IMG/VR virus record: IMGVR_UViG_3300017938_000552
Origin: an uncultured virus (IMG/VR IMGVR_UViG_3300017938_000552)
Taxonomy: Duplodnaviria; Heunggongvirae; Uroviricota; Caudoviricetes
Length of the DNA stretch: 64,000 nt
Reading direction: 5' to 3' (one strand)
How positions within the stretch are numbered: position 1 is the first letter of the stretch; each line of letters begins with the position of its first letter. Positions 1 to 9,641 of the stretch are shown one piece after another. Made by a program: the position numbers and the translations under genes. Under the pieces are notes generated by a model. It did not search any database. It was not told where the DNA came from and worked only from the letters and a program-made list of their open reading frames with translations.

Positions 1-3000
1 TTAAACTTTGATATGCTTTTTGATGGCTTATCCGCATAGTCTTTATCTGTTGGCTTTGCTGGTGCGGGAAGTTTCAAAGATGGATATTCTTTTTCTTCAT
101 ATGACTGAGATGATGGTGAGGGTTCACTTGGTTCTGATAATTCAGATATAGATGAAAGTTCACTTGGTTCTGATGTTTCTGACACAGATGAAATTTTACT
201 TTGCTCAGAAATATTACTTACCTCAGATATTGAGCTTATATCTGATGGTGATTTTGCTGATTCTACTGAACTTATATATTTCTCTACCTGATTTGAACTT
301 ACCTTTTCTGATGCAGATTCTATAGAACTTATACTATCTTCTGATTGCACAGATTTAATAGAAGATGCTATTTTTGAACTAATTCTTTCAGATAGATTAC
401 TCTTCACAGACTCTGGTACAGAATTATATATCTTAGAAACTTGCTCTGGACTAGAAATATCAACAAGTTTCTCTATTGTAGGTGCAGATAAAGCATTAAT
501 CGCAGAATCTAACTGTGTGGCTGATAGTTTCCCACTTGAAATAATAGTAGATAAATCATTTATTTGTGACGTTGATAATTTTATAGAGCCTGTGGTTGCT
601 GAGATGCTATAATCGGTTGATAAAACAGCATTGAGTGTTGGTATATACATTGTGTTTGCCTTAATACTAGAAGAACCCGAATCAAGATTCACAATTTTGC
701 TAATTGCATCTTCTGTAACAGTACCTGCATTACCAATTGGTTGCATCATCTGTAGTGGGACAATTCTACCGTTTATATTGACCCACAACTGATCACCAAC
801 TTTTATGAATTTCTGCCCCGGTCCAATGATTATTTGTGATTCCATCCCCTGTTCTGAGGGCATAACACCGACATACTGTCCTGATCTATCCAGTATATCC
901 TGATAAAGTTTTCCTAAGTCTTTACGATCCATCTTACTTATAAAATCTTCATTGGTAACATCATCAATTCCAATTGAGATTACGCTTGCCTTAGCAAATG
1001 GGTTGACAAAAGCACTTGGCAAAGCTACCTCTTCTGCTTGTCCTATACCAGAAAATGCAGTACTCCAACTATGTGATGCCCAAAGTAATGGTGCATCTCC
1101 ACCTGTAACACCGACTTTTGCTAGACTTGCAACTAATTGTGGGTCTTGGGTTCCTGAATATACAATAACTTTCCCCTCCTGTTCCAGTTCAGGTGGTGTA
1201 TAGTTCACACTTAGCATCTTGAAGTTTTCTGGTGTTGCTTTCATTCGTTGTTCTTCAAAGCCCGGATACTTAGCCCTGCCCTCTATAACATTTGCCTCTG
1301 CAACTTCATATGCACTTAGTGGTTGTCCTTTTGTTAGCTTCATTTGAATATAGTTAAAAGGTGTATCACTATATGAGAATCCTACTTGGAAACCTTTTAT
1401 ACCACCAAGGAAAGCAGAAGAATCTACAGCAAATTGACCCAACCAATCTTCTGCCCCTTTTGTCTGTAGCACTTTTTCAAGTCTATCATATTCATATGCG
1501 GCAAGACCAGCCGTTCCTGCTATAGTAACCAGTGGCATTTGTGTAATTGCCGCTAATTGATTTAATGTATCCATCTCAGTAACACCAAGTGATAGTTTGT
1601 CCATACCAATTGTTATAGCATTTTTAAGTTGACCTGTAAGTGTTGGTGCTTTAGTTGTAATACTTTCAACCGTAAGAGGTATAACTTTTCCCTCTTCATC
1701 AGTCACTAATTGTGTAGCCTCATCAATAATACCTAGTTTTGTTAAACCTGCTTTTATTGTAGAAAGAATACTTGATGGTAAACTTGCCCCTGTTGCTGTT
1801 GTTAATGCCATACCACCCCTTTCAGCCAAACCACCAATTGCGGGAATTTTAGCTACAAGTTTACCTGCCGCACCATAAGCAAAACCAAGAACAGCACCTT
1901 CAACCATAGATGTGAAGTATATTTCTGCACCCTCTGTAGCATATCCCATTGCCTTGCCAACAATTACCTTGTCTGGTGTAAGCCCTCTATCCTCTAAATC
2001 TTTATATGTAAAGGTTTCCTGTTCAGGAAGAACTTGGAATAAATAGTTTGATCCATCTGCCTTTCTTGGTAGTAAATTTAAGAATGGTGACAGTTGTTTT
2101 TCTGTAGCTTCTGCAATTATAGCCTCTGCCTGTAAAACTCCCTTGGGATTGTACTCACCATTTTGACCTTTTATTGCCGAAAATGCCGGATAAAGCATAT
2201 CCAACGCAACTTTTAAATCATTTGATTGTGCATACTCAGGTGCTTGTGATGCAAGTTGCCATAATTTATTGCTGAGAACATCTACATTCGCTTTAATTTG
2301 TGTCTCAGATAAACCTTCAATATATCTATGTAATTCATCAGGTGTCTTAAATTGCATCTCTGTTGCGTCTATTTTATTTGCTGTAGAACTCTTTGCACTT
2401 GTATCAAACTTCTGTATAGTAGAACCCTCTGCTGGACTTAAAATCAATGTGCTTGCGGCTTTTGTATTAATATCTACTATAAACTTTTGCATATCATCAT
2501 AATTATTAAATATTTGTGTTTTTTTAACCCCATTATCCGTGTAATTAAGTGTCCAAGAAGTCTTTGCTATAGATGCTGTTTGAAGTGATGATATAAGTTG
2601 TGTTTTCGACTTGGTATAAGTATCAAAGTTTTTCTTATATGTATCTAAGTCTGTTGGTGCTGTTGAAAGTGCCATTTTTAAATCATTCATATCTTTAATA
2701 TATGCTTGTTTACCCGTTCCATTTTTGGTAGATTTATATGAAGAAAAATCATATTCATCCCATTTATGTAGTTTTACTATATCATTATATTGTGCTAGTG
2801 CATCATTTCCATCTTTAATAAAAGTTGTATATGATGCTACATTTTTATCATACTCAGCCGTATTAACTTTAAGAAGAGTTGTTTCTAATCCAGCCCTAAT
2901 TTTTGGATCACTTCTACCAAATTCTGTTGGGGCGGCTTGTGGGCTATCTCCTATAGCAAGTGCTAAAGGATTTGATGTTAGTTTTAATCTACTTTGTTCA

Positions 3001-3317
3001 ATCATATTCTGTGAATTGTCTATCTTTGCCATTATTGATGATACTGGTGGTATTACTTTTACTGGTGTTGAAGATATTACTGGTTTTATTGATGTTATTG
3101 ATGTGTTGTGTACATTTACCCTATTTATTGCATCAACATAATTTGATGGTACGATAGTTGCTTTTTGGGCTTGTATTGGTGTCGATACTATTACTGGTTT
3201 TGGTTGTATTCTAGTTTGTTCTATAACATTTTGTTGAATTAATGCTTGTGATCTATTCAATTCTTGTGTACGTAATGCTTGTGCTTGTTGCTCTGATTGT
3301 TGATATTCTTCTGACAT
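1..3317 (-). CDS. Very large (>1100 aa) putative virion/structural protein, runs off window start
   Basis: Not in ORF track. ATG at 3317 (MSEEYQQSEQQAQALRTQ...); the same frame is open at position 1 (...AKPTDKDYADKPSKSISSF). Gln-rich N-terminus, Gly/Ala hydrophobic middle (GAVLGFAYGAAGKLVAKIPAIGG), Ser/Glu/Pro-rich distal part. Not every internal codon checked. Confidence 0.75.
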   Translation of the reverse strand, partial: MSEEYQQSEQQAQALRTQELNRSQALIQQNVIEQTRIQPKPVIVSTPIQAQKATIVPSNYVDAINRVNVHNTSITSIKPVISSTPVKVIPPVSSIMAKIDNSQNMIEQSRLKLTSNPLALAIGDSPQAAPTEFGRSDPKIRAGLETTLLKVNTAEYDKNVASYTTFIKDGNDALAQYNDIVKLHKWDEYDFSSYKSTKNGTGKQAYIKDMNDLKMALSTAPTDLDTYKKNFDTYTKSKTQLISSLQTASIAKTSWTLNYTDNGVKKTQIFNNYDDMQKFIVDINTKAASTLILSPAEGSTIQKFDTSAKSSTANKIDATEMQFKTPDELHRYIEGLSETQIKANVDVLSNKLWQLASQAPEYAQSNDLKVALDMLYPAFSAIKGQNGEYNPKGVLQAEAIIAEATEKQLSPFLNLLPRKADGSNYLFQVLPEQETFTYKDLEDRGLTPDKVIVGKAMGYATEGAEIYFTSMVEGAVLGFAYGAAGKLVAKIPAIGGLAERGGMALTTATGASLPSSILSTIKAGLTKLGIIDEATQLVTDEEGKVIPLTVESITTKAPTLTGQLKNAITIGMDKLSLGVTEMDTLNQLAAITQMPLVTIAGTAGLAAYEYDRLEKVLQTKGAEDWLGQFAVDSSAFLGGIKGFQVGFSYSDTPFNYIQMKLTKGQPLSAYEVAEANVIEGRAKYPGFEEQRMKATPENFKMLSVNYTPPELEQEGKVIVYSGTQDPQLVASLAKVGVTGGDAPLLWASHSWSTAFSGIGQAEEVALPSAFVNPFAKASVISIGIDDVTNEDFISKMDRKDLGKLYQDILDRSGQYVGVMPSEQGMESQIIIGPGQKFIKVGDQLWVNINGRIVPLQMMQPIGNAGTVTEDAISKIVNLDSGSSSIKANTMYIPTLNAVLSTDYSISATTGSIKLSTSQINDLSTIISSGKLSATQLDSAINALSAPTIEKLVDISSPEQVSKIYNSVPESVKSNLSERISSKIASSIKSVQSEDSISSIESASEKVSSNQVEKYISSVESAKSPSDISSISEVSNISEQSKISSVSETSEPSELSSISELSEPSEPSPSSQSYEEKEYPSLKLPAPAKPTDKDYADKPSKSISKF

Positions 3318-3413
3318 ATATTAGTCACTACCACCAAATTTAGAAATATGATATATATGATCTAGGATCGGTGTAATACCTACTACACATATATCATATA
3401 TACGCATTTTTAA

Positions 3414-3557
3414 TTACTTCTTTACTTTCATTGCGTTCTTCTTTTGTGACGCAATTATCTTCTTTGCTATCTCTGGTGTTGTTGTTAGATAACCAATCGG
3501 TGTAACAACCGTGACCAACTTTGGCTTACTTGTAGCCGTTGCCTTATTCTTTACCAT
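3414..3557 (-). CDS. 47-aa Lys-rich microprotein
   Basis: Read by hand: MVKNKATATSKPKLVTVVTPIGYLTTTPEIAKKIIASQKKNAMKVKKK; GGAGGTGA RBS upstream. Confidence 0.7.
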   Translation of the reverse strand: MVKNKATATSKPKLVTVVTPIGYLTTTPEIAKKIIASQKKNAMKVKK

Positions 3558-3586
3558 TTTTACTTTTTCACCTCCGTAGTCTAAGG

Positions 3587-3892
3587 TTATACCTTACGTA
3601 GAGTAATACGTCTGATTTGCCTATCAGCATATCCTATACCAACTGGTAGTGCTGTCAAATAAGTTTTCTCCTTTAAAATAACCTCTTTAGTATTATCATC
3701 TGCATATTTTATAAGCATGTTGAATCCACCTTTATCTGTACCATTTACTTTTTTCCCTAGGACTTTTCCTGATAGCTTGGGTGTTTTTACTACTACTTTT
3801 GCCTCTCCACTACCTCTAAGATAATCATTTACCACAGTGCCTGTTTGACGCTTATATCTGTGAACCGTGTGTTCAATTGGAGATTTTCTCAT
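3587..3892 (-). CDS. Basic protein with HxVxxYxRxxGxxV-type N-terminal motif, putative nucleic-acid binding
   Basis: HTVHRYKRQTGTVVNDYLRGSG, similar to the N-terminus of 14542..15054; GAGGTG RBS. Confidence 0.7.
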   Translation of the reverse strand: MRKSPIEHTVHRYKRQTGTVVNDYLRGSGEAKVVVKTPKLSGKVLGKKVNGTDKGGFNMLIKYADDNTKEVILKEKTYLTALPVGIGYADRQIRRITLRKV

Positions 3893-3939
3893 TTTTCAGA
3901 CACCTCAGACTACTCTATCATAATGTTCTGTTCGTTCTT

Positions 3940-3956
3940 ATATAAATGTTATGATA
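3940..3956 (-). promoter_or_regulatory. Class II promoter variant (TATCATAACATTTATAT)
   Basis: One mismatch to the 18-mer repeated at 16175, 52070, 52413 and 52864. Confidence 0.7.
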
Positions 3957-4012
3957 AGATACTCATAGAAAGATATATATGTTGGTAATAGGCACATATG
4001 GTAGTGAATATC

Positions 4013-4171
4013 ATGCTAACGGATTATATTTGCCCATACTGTGGCAATCCATCATTGAGTATGGAAGCCGTTAGAAAACATGTAAAAAAGAAGCACCCAG
4101 AAAATTTGGAAGATTTTAATAGGAAATTTTATCCAGACATTTCTGATAAATTTAAAAAACCAAAAGCATAA
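4013..4171 (+). CDS. C2H2 zinc-finger protein (52 aa)
   Basis: Read by hand: MLTDYICPYCGNPSLSMEAVRKHVKKKHPE...; CxxC-x12-H-x4-H. Confidence 0.8.
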   Translation: MLTDYICPYCGNPSLSMEAVRKHVKKKHPENLEDFNRKFYPDISDKFKKPKA

Positions 4172-4210
4172 TCTTTTTATACTCACCTCACACTTATATC
4201 TTTGATTATA

Positions 4211-4378
4211 ATGGCAAAGGGAATGAGCATTGACACACTTTACTTCATTGGTCTAATTTTTATTTCAATAGCTTCTGGTTTCAACGGTGGGCTTGACTCC
4301 CTCTTTTACACGTTTGGTACTGGTGTCTTTGGATATATTGCATTAAAAATAATAGCAAAATATCTTGGGTGGAAATGA
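4211..4378 (+). CDS. Small membrane protein (55 aa)
   Basis: Read by hand: MAKGMSIDTLYFIGLIFISIASG...; two hydrophobic segments. Confidence 0.55.
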   Translation: MAKGMSIDTLYFIGLIFISIASGFNGGLDSLFYTFGTGVFGYIALKIIAKYLGWK

Positions 4379-4380
4379 AA

Positions 4381-5275
4381 TTACTTTTTTTCTAATATAG
4401 TTTGATTGTAGACATTAGTAAATATTTTCACACATTTGTTCATATTCATATAATTATTTATAAATGATATACCAGATGTATTAAGTTGTTTTACATTTTC
4501 TAGCTCTCTCATATGTTTATACACCATGTCATAATCGGTGGCATATAAACAATTTGGAAATTTGTATGACCAGATCACATATCTTCCTCTAGCCAATGCC
4601 TCTTGAACCATTTTTGATAAAGCATCATGTTTGGTTATTCTGAGAAGAACAGTTGTTCGAGAATATATTTCATCCATGTCCTCAACATTAACATGACCTA
4701 AATATTCAATATTTGGTGCTTTCAACACATCCCTCTTGCCAAGAATAATAAATTTATATGGCATTGAAACTAACCTTCTCACTATCTCAAGACCATAAAA
4801 ATATTCTCTATTTCCAAAATATACAAGTGCTGTTGGTGTTTCTGGTAATGGACCTATCTTCTTTGCCCTAATATTCCATGATGGTATGGGAGCAAACTCA
4901 GCCACAACCCCCTTTTCTTTTAATTCATTTACTAACCAAAGGTGCATGAACAAGATTTTTATCTATTAATTTAGAACAAATTAACACTATTTTTTTATCC
5001 GAATCCATGACATCTGATCCAATCCAATAAAACAATATTTTTTTACCAATAATCTTAAAAAATACAAATAAAAAAATCCAAAACATGCCCTCTATACCAT
5101 TAAGTTTAGCAGACATAATTTGAACAATATCTGCACTTAACAAATTCTTAATATTTTCTTTAATACCAGTACCTACAAAATTGAAACTCAAATTTGGAAT
5201 ATTACTTAATAATGAGGTTAAACCATATTTTCTTCCTTTCGCTTTTGGATTACTGTATACCAATATTCTAATCAT
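4381..5275 (-). pseudogene. GT-B (GT4-like) glycosyltransferase split by a 1-nt frameshift
   Basis: ORFs 4925..5275 (YWIGSDV) and 4381..4953 (NIEYLGHV, HDALSKMVQEALARGR) join as ...NLVHAPWLVNEL... if one T is removed from CCTTTGG at ~4936-4942. Confidence 0.75.
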
Positions 5276-5301
5276 AATTATCTAGTATAAATTAAGTTTA
5301 C

Positions 5302-5670
5302 TTAAACCTCTTCACCCAGTTCTTCCATAGCTTCCTGTTTCCAATCTCTCTTAGTTATATTACGTTGTGTCCAACTTGTTGGTTTTGCGGCTTCAATCTC
5401 AGACTCAACGTTAACCGAACCACCACGAGAAACCTGTTCCATACGGATGATGTCACGCCTACCACGACCACCGAAACCAACATTTAGGTTTAAGTACCAA
5501 TCCAAGACAGTTGCCCAACTTGGAGAATTCTTAGCCCTGACAGCCGCATAAAGAACAGCCCCCATCTTGTTGTGTTTCAGGACAGTTAGCCTTCTCATAT
5601 CTACACGACCCATTTCTAGGTCGATTGGGTCTGTACCCAACTGTGGTGATAAACTTTCTTGTTCTGCCAT
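5302..5670 (-). CDS. Hypothetical protein in putative morphogenesis cluster
   Basis: 122-aa ORF with GAGGT RBS, co-oriented with membrane proteins. Confidence 0.7.
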   Translation of the reverse strand: MAEQESLSPQLGTDPIDLEMGRVDMRRLTVLKHNKMGAVLYAAVRAKNSPSWATVLDWYLNLNVGFGGRGRRDIIRMEQVSRGGSVNVESEIEAAKPTSWTQRNITKRDWKQEAMEELGEEV

Positions 5671-5684
5671 TTTACATTACCTCT

Positions 5685-6359
5685 TTAATGTGCTACTCTC
5701 AACCAACCTTGATTGACCATGATATATACTGCCAAAGCACCAATACCAACACCAATAAGAATCTGCTGGAAATCGAACTTACTCTTTTTCTGCTGATCCA
5801 TAGCATCTTCAGCCAATATCTTCAGGATTGCTTCGTCATCCTTCTCTCTAAGTGCCTCAGAGGAAATATTTGGCATATCTTCCCCTTCATACGCTTCGAT
5901 TGCGATTGTAAGACCCCATCGGGTGTCCTCAACCAACTTCCTATTGGATTTTGGCATCCTTTCATATTTGTCATCTCCCCAAAGTATGCGTAATGCCCTG
6001 TCGATTGTTGTGGGTTCGGGTGCTGTATTTTCGGGTGTTCTAATGTCTGCTGTATATCCAACTCCCTCAATAGCAAAGAACTTGGTTACGTTTGGGAAAA
6101 CATATCCGGGTGCAACTTTATAGAATTTACGTGGGACATCTTCGATTGTCTTACAGTATAGCCAGTGTGCTGTTTCCTTCAAAATAGGAATCTCTAAGGC
6201 TCTCTTTTCTCCGGGTCTGATTAGAACTAGTGTCTTTTTGGTTCCACTACCACCTTTTGACATGATATTAGTGTAATAGTAATATACACCAAGACCACCC
6301 AAGACAACTAATAATCCCATCACTCCATATGGAGAGAACAACATATCTACTACAGACAT
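5685..6359 (-). CDS. Membrane protein with N- and C-terminal TM helices, putative virion/assembly
   Basis: GVMGLLVVLGGLGVYYYY and ILIGVGIGALAVYIMV flanking a soluble domain. Confidence 0.75.
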   Translation of the reverse strand: MSVVDMLFSPYGVMGLLVVLGGLGVYYYYTNIMSKGGSGTKKTLVLIRPGEKRALEIPILKETAHWLYCKTIEDVPRKFYKVAPGYVFPNVTKFFAIEGVGYTADIRTPENTAPEPTTIDRALRILWGDDKYERMPKSNRKLVEDTRWGLTIAIEAYEGEDMPNISSEALREKDDEAILKILAEDAMDQQKKSKFDFQQILIGVGIGALAVYIMVNQGWLRVAH

Positions 6360-6530
6360 TACTTTTCAACTCCTACATTCTTTGCTTTCCGTTTCATATA
6401 ACTATCTCTTGATGATATTCTCCATGCTTCGTGTACAGGATCATTATACTTTATTTTAACACCACGTTTGTGTTCTGGTTCTGGATGACAATCTTTATAG
6501 CATCCACATTCTAAACAACATATAGACATT

Positions 6531-7058
6531 TTAATCAGCCCATTTCTCCGTTTTTTGCGGTCCAGTTATAATCAGATAATCAATGAATATGATCATTGTC
6601 AGGAAACAAATAATTGCTGGTATCGGTGAGTCTCTAAGTACGAATATCAAAAGACCTGTAAAGCAGAGCAAAAGAACCGTTGCTATAAGCCTCTTGACAA
6701 CCATAGGACCGGGAAAAGTTCTATCTAAGTTTGGAATAAACCTTGCTTTCTGTGGCTTATCTTCATCCCATTTTTCTTCCTGTTTTGGTTTCCTTGATTT
6801 TTCTGACTTTAATTCGGGTTCTGGTTTTGGTTCTACTTTTGTTTCTACTACTGGTTGTTTCACTACTTGTTCTACTGGTTGTTTCACAGATGAAATATCT
6901 ATTACTACATCATCAAAATTTCTATTTTTCCTCTTTATCCTTTTTCCTCTTTGCTCTCTTGGCTTTCTAGGTGGAAATAGAATAGACTTTACCTTTTTTA
7001 TTATTTTTTGTGAAAGAGTCCATTCCTCATCCTCTTTCCATTCATCGTCAGAACTCAA
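6531..7058 (-). CDS. Membrane protein, charged N-terminus and two C-terminal TM helices
   Basis: LIATVLLLCFTGLLIFVL and AIICFLTMIIFIDYLII. Confidence 0.7.
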   Translation of the reverse strand: MSSDDEWKEDEEWTLSQKIIKKVKSILFPPRKPREQRGKRIKRKNRNFDDVVIDISSVKQPVEQVVKQPVVETKVEPKPEPELKSEKSRKPKQEEKWDEDKPQKARFIPNLDRTFPGPMVVKRLIATVLLLCFTGLLIFVLRDSPIPAIICFLTMIIFIDYLIITGPQKTEKWAD

Positions 7059-7157
7059 ATTAATCTATATATATTAGAGTGTAGACATTTATAAACATTA
7101 CTACTACTATTTATCTATTCGTAACATATAAATATGCCTATATGCCTATATACATAT

Positions 7158-7313
7158 ATGACTAAGAAGAATGATGATCCAACTACTGTTTGTATTACCA
7201 ATGATGTTTGGTGCATAATGAATAGTCTCAAAAGAAATCCAAGAGAATCGCCAAACGATGTTTTTAGAGAAGCTATTCTTTTACTACAAGAGAAAAGGAA
7301 AAATGGTGTTTAA
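7158..7313 (+). CDS. Small ribbon-helix-helix/antitoxin-like regulator (51 aa)
   Basis: Read by hand: MTKKNDDPTTVCITNDVWCIMNSLKRNPRESPNDVFREAILL; matches the archaeal TTIxIxxxxWxxLxxLK..ESxxDV pattern. Confidence 0.65.
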   Translation: MTKKNDDPTTVCITNDVWCIMNSLKRNPRESPNDVFREAILLLQEKRKNGV

Positions 7314-7315
7314 AA

Positions 7316-8317
7316 ATGGCATATAGTAGAGACTTTGAAGAAACACCTGTTGATGCAGAATTTAAACAGAAAGTCAATGTTGAGTATCTTGTACTGAAAC
7401 AGATAGACCGTTGCAATAATGCCGCACTAGAGGGAGATGAGATAAAGTTCTCAAATGCTGTTGAATCTCTCTTGGCAATGTTACCAAAGGAGAACAGACT
7501 TAGGATAGAAAATGACAAGACTAGAGAACAATACACAGCTAAAGTTGAACAGCCTGTATATAAATATTCCTGTGGCAAACCAATGGGAACTTTGGAAAAT
7601 CCGATTTTCCGTAACAAACCAACAGATTGGAACTATGACGGTGGAGAACCTATCAGAATTTCTCCGATGGTTGAGGAAGTCGAACAGACAGACTACCAGA
7701 AATTATACAAGATAATACTCAATGAACTACAGGATGTTGGCGTGACTTGGAAAATCGAACCGAGAGGTAATGTGGAAAAGAAGATCGACCCACCACCAAT
7801 ACCACTGTTAAGACTCAAGAATGGAAGTTTTGTTAGAGTATTGGTTGAAAGAGGTATTGAGGGTGTGAAGGAAGGTATAATTGTGGATAAAGAATCAGCA
7901 TCACTAGAACCCACACCACCAGAACCAATAATGGAACCAGAATCTGATGATGAAAATGAGGACATTAATGATGATGAGGATAAGGATATGAATGAACCAA
8001 AAACGTCACTAGAACCTATAAAACACGAAGTATATGAGGAAACCATTGATGAGGTAACCAAGGAATTAGAGAAAGAGGAAGATAAGGAATTTGCAGAATA
8101 TAAAGTAATATTAGAAGAAAGAAAAGATAAAAAATTAAAACAAAAAATAGATAAAGAAAAGTTTGATAACGAGACACAACAGAAATTAAAAGAAACGGAG
8201 ATAGGAAATATTATATTAGTTAGTGAAGAGATACCAACTACAAATACACAACCAGAAGCAATTATGTCAAAACCAATAAAAAAGAAAAAATTAACAATGA
8301 AAAACATAGATGAATAA
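7316..8317 (+). CDS. Hypothetical protein with acidic low-complexity C-terminal half
   Basis: 333-aa ORF, closely coupled to downstream ATPase. Confidence 0.75.
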   Translation: MAYSRDFEETPVDAEFKQKVNVEYLVLKQIDRCNNAALEGDEIKFSNAVESLLAMLPKENRLRIENDKTREQYTAKVEQPVYKYSCGKPMGTLENPIFRNKPTDWNYDGGEPIRISPMVEEVEQTDYQKLYKIILNELQDVGVTWKIEPRGNVEKKIDPPPIPLLRLKNGSFVRVLVERGIEGVKEGIIVDKESASLEPTPPEPIMEPESDDENEDINDDEDKDMNEPKTSLEPIKHEVYEETIDEVTKELEKEEDKEFAEYKVILEERKDKKLKQKIDKEKFDNETQQKLKETEIGNIILVSEEIPTTNTQPEAIMSKPIKKKKLTMKNIDE

Positions 8318-8319
8318 AC

Positions 8320-9414
8320 ATGAGTACAAAATCTAAAAGAATTTTTAAAAGAACCACAATAAGAAAAGTTGGTGGTGATGAATTCGTTGATCCACCAAAG
8401 GGGTACAAGGGTGCAAATCGTTGGACAAATTGGCATGGGGTCAGGGCTGAGTTTGGTTCGGGTTATGGCACTTTCTTGCTCGATGAGCTACAGGAAAAAA
8501 GGGATAATATTGAGGCTTGTATTGTTGTCGTAACAGGCGGTGGTGGAAAAGGGAAAACCTATTTCACTCTGAGACTTGCAGAAATTTTAGACCCTAAGTT
8601 CGATGTAGACGTTCAAGTTCCATTTGGTCCAGATGAATTCATGGAACTGATTGGTCCAGATAGTCCTTTGGGTATTGGCAGGGTAATAGTGGTCGATGAA
8701 AGTCAATTTGCGATCTCTAGCCGGGACTGGTATGCAGACATTCAGAAGGACTTGATGAAGCAACTTGAGGCTATTCGTTCAAAGGGATTCATAATCTTCA
8801 TAGTCTGTTTGTCAGAGGCAACTCTAGATGTTATAGCAAGATCGTGGGTCATAACACATAAAATACATCTAATGAAAAGAGGTAGAGCTAGAGTGTATTC
8901 ATATCAAACCGGACCTTTTTCTACGAAGCCTTATCCCCGAACAATCAGCAAGGATGAGAAAATGACACTTCCGGGTGCGGAATACTGTGAACACTCTTCG
9001 TGTTTAAAATGCCCATACTCTGGTGTAGCACAGCCACAATGGAAACTTAGAAACAGATGGGAAGAACTAAATACACCATTATGTCAAACAATAAGAGCTT
9101 TATATGAGAGGAAAAAGAAATTCTTCCTGACAGAGATGGCTGAGATCGCCAATGAGAAGAGAAGGGAAGCCCAAATGAAAAAGACACAGCTTTCTGATAT
9201 AGTTGCCACATTGAAAGAACATACTACTATGCTCAGAAAGACCAAGAGAAACCGCATAGACATAAACTCTGCGTCTGCCATAATACGCCAATTTCTGGGA
9301 AGTGGGATTCCAGACAATTTTGTTAAAAAGGCGTGTAGAGAACTGGATGTAGATACCGATACGATGGACACGGTGCAGATGTTAAATTATTTAGTCAAAC
9401 CAAAAGAAAAATAG
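8320..9414 (+). CDS. P-loop ATPase (Zot/virus assembly or packaging-like)
   Basis: Walker A VVVTGGGGKGKT, Walker B VIVVDESQ, conserved Arg (EAIRSKG), Cys cluster CEHSSCLKC. Confidence 0.8.
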   Translation: MSTKSKRIFKRTTIRKVGGDEFVDPPKGYKGANRWTNWHGVRAEFGSGYGTFLLDELQEKRDNIEACIVVVTGGGGKGKTYFTLRLAEILDPKFDVDVQVPFGPDEFMELIGPDSPLGIGRVIVVDESQFAISSRDWYADIQKDLMKQLEAIRSKGFIIFIVCLSEATLDVIARSWVITHKIHLMKRGRARVYSYQTGPFSTKPYPRTISKDEKMTLPGAEYCEHSSCLKCPYSGVAQPQWKLRNRWEELNTPLCQTIRALYERKKKFFLTEMAEIANEKRREAQMKKTQLSDIVATLKEHTTMLRKTKRNRIDINSASAIIRQFLGSGIPDNFVKKACRELDVDTDTMDTVQMLNYLVKPKEK

Positions 9415-9450
9415 AATGATCTATCCCAAAAATTTTTGTAATACAGGAGA

Positions 9451-9471
9451 TTTTTAGTTTTTTGTTTTTTT
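9451..9471 (+). terminator. Oligo-T archaeal terminator
   Basis: TTTTTAGTTTTTTGTTTTTTT just after the ATPase stop. Confidence 0.55.
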
Positions 9472-9559
9472 CACAGAAAGGATGCCAGCATATACTATAT
9501 TATATAGCCTGTCATACAAGACAATCGCATACTCATAAACTATGGTTATATATCAGTAT

Positions 9560-9588
9560 ATTTATGAGAGTAGGTAACTCTCATAAAT
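9560..9588. repeat. Perfect 12-bp inverted repeat, candidate recombinase site or operator
   Basis: ATTTATGAGAGT-aggta-ACTCTCATAAAT, 53 bp upstream of the tyrosine recombinase. Confidence 0.7.
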
Positions 9589-9641
9589 TTTACGTAACAT
9601 ATAAAAAGGCTCGATTTGGTATATAATACAGGGTTATAATC

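Noticed and set aside
115..240. TTCACTTGGTTCTGA repeat near the window start
   Set aside because: Coding repeat (SEPSE) inside the Ser-rich part of the giant protein
952..3157. Plus-strand ORFs 952, 2269, 2725 and 2960
   Set aside because: Antisense shadows of the large minus-strand ORF 1..3317
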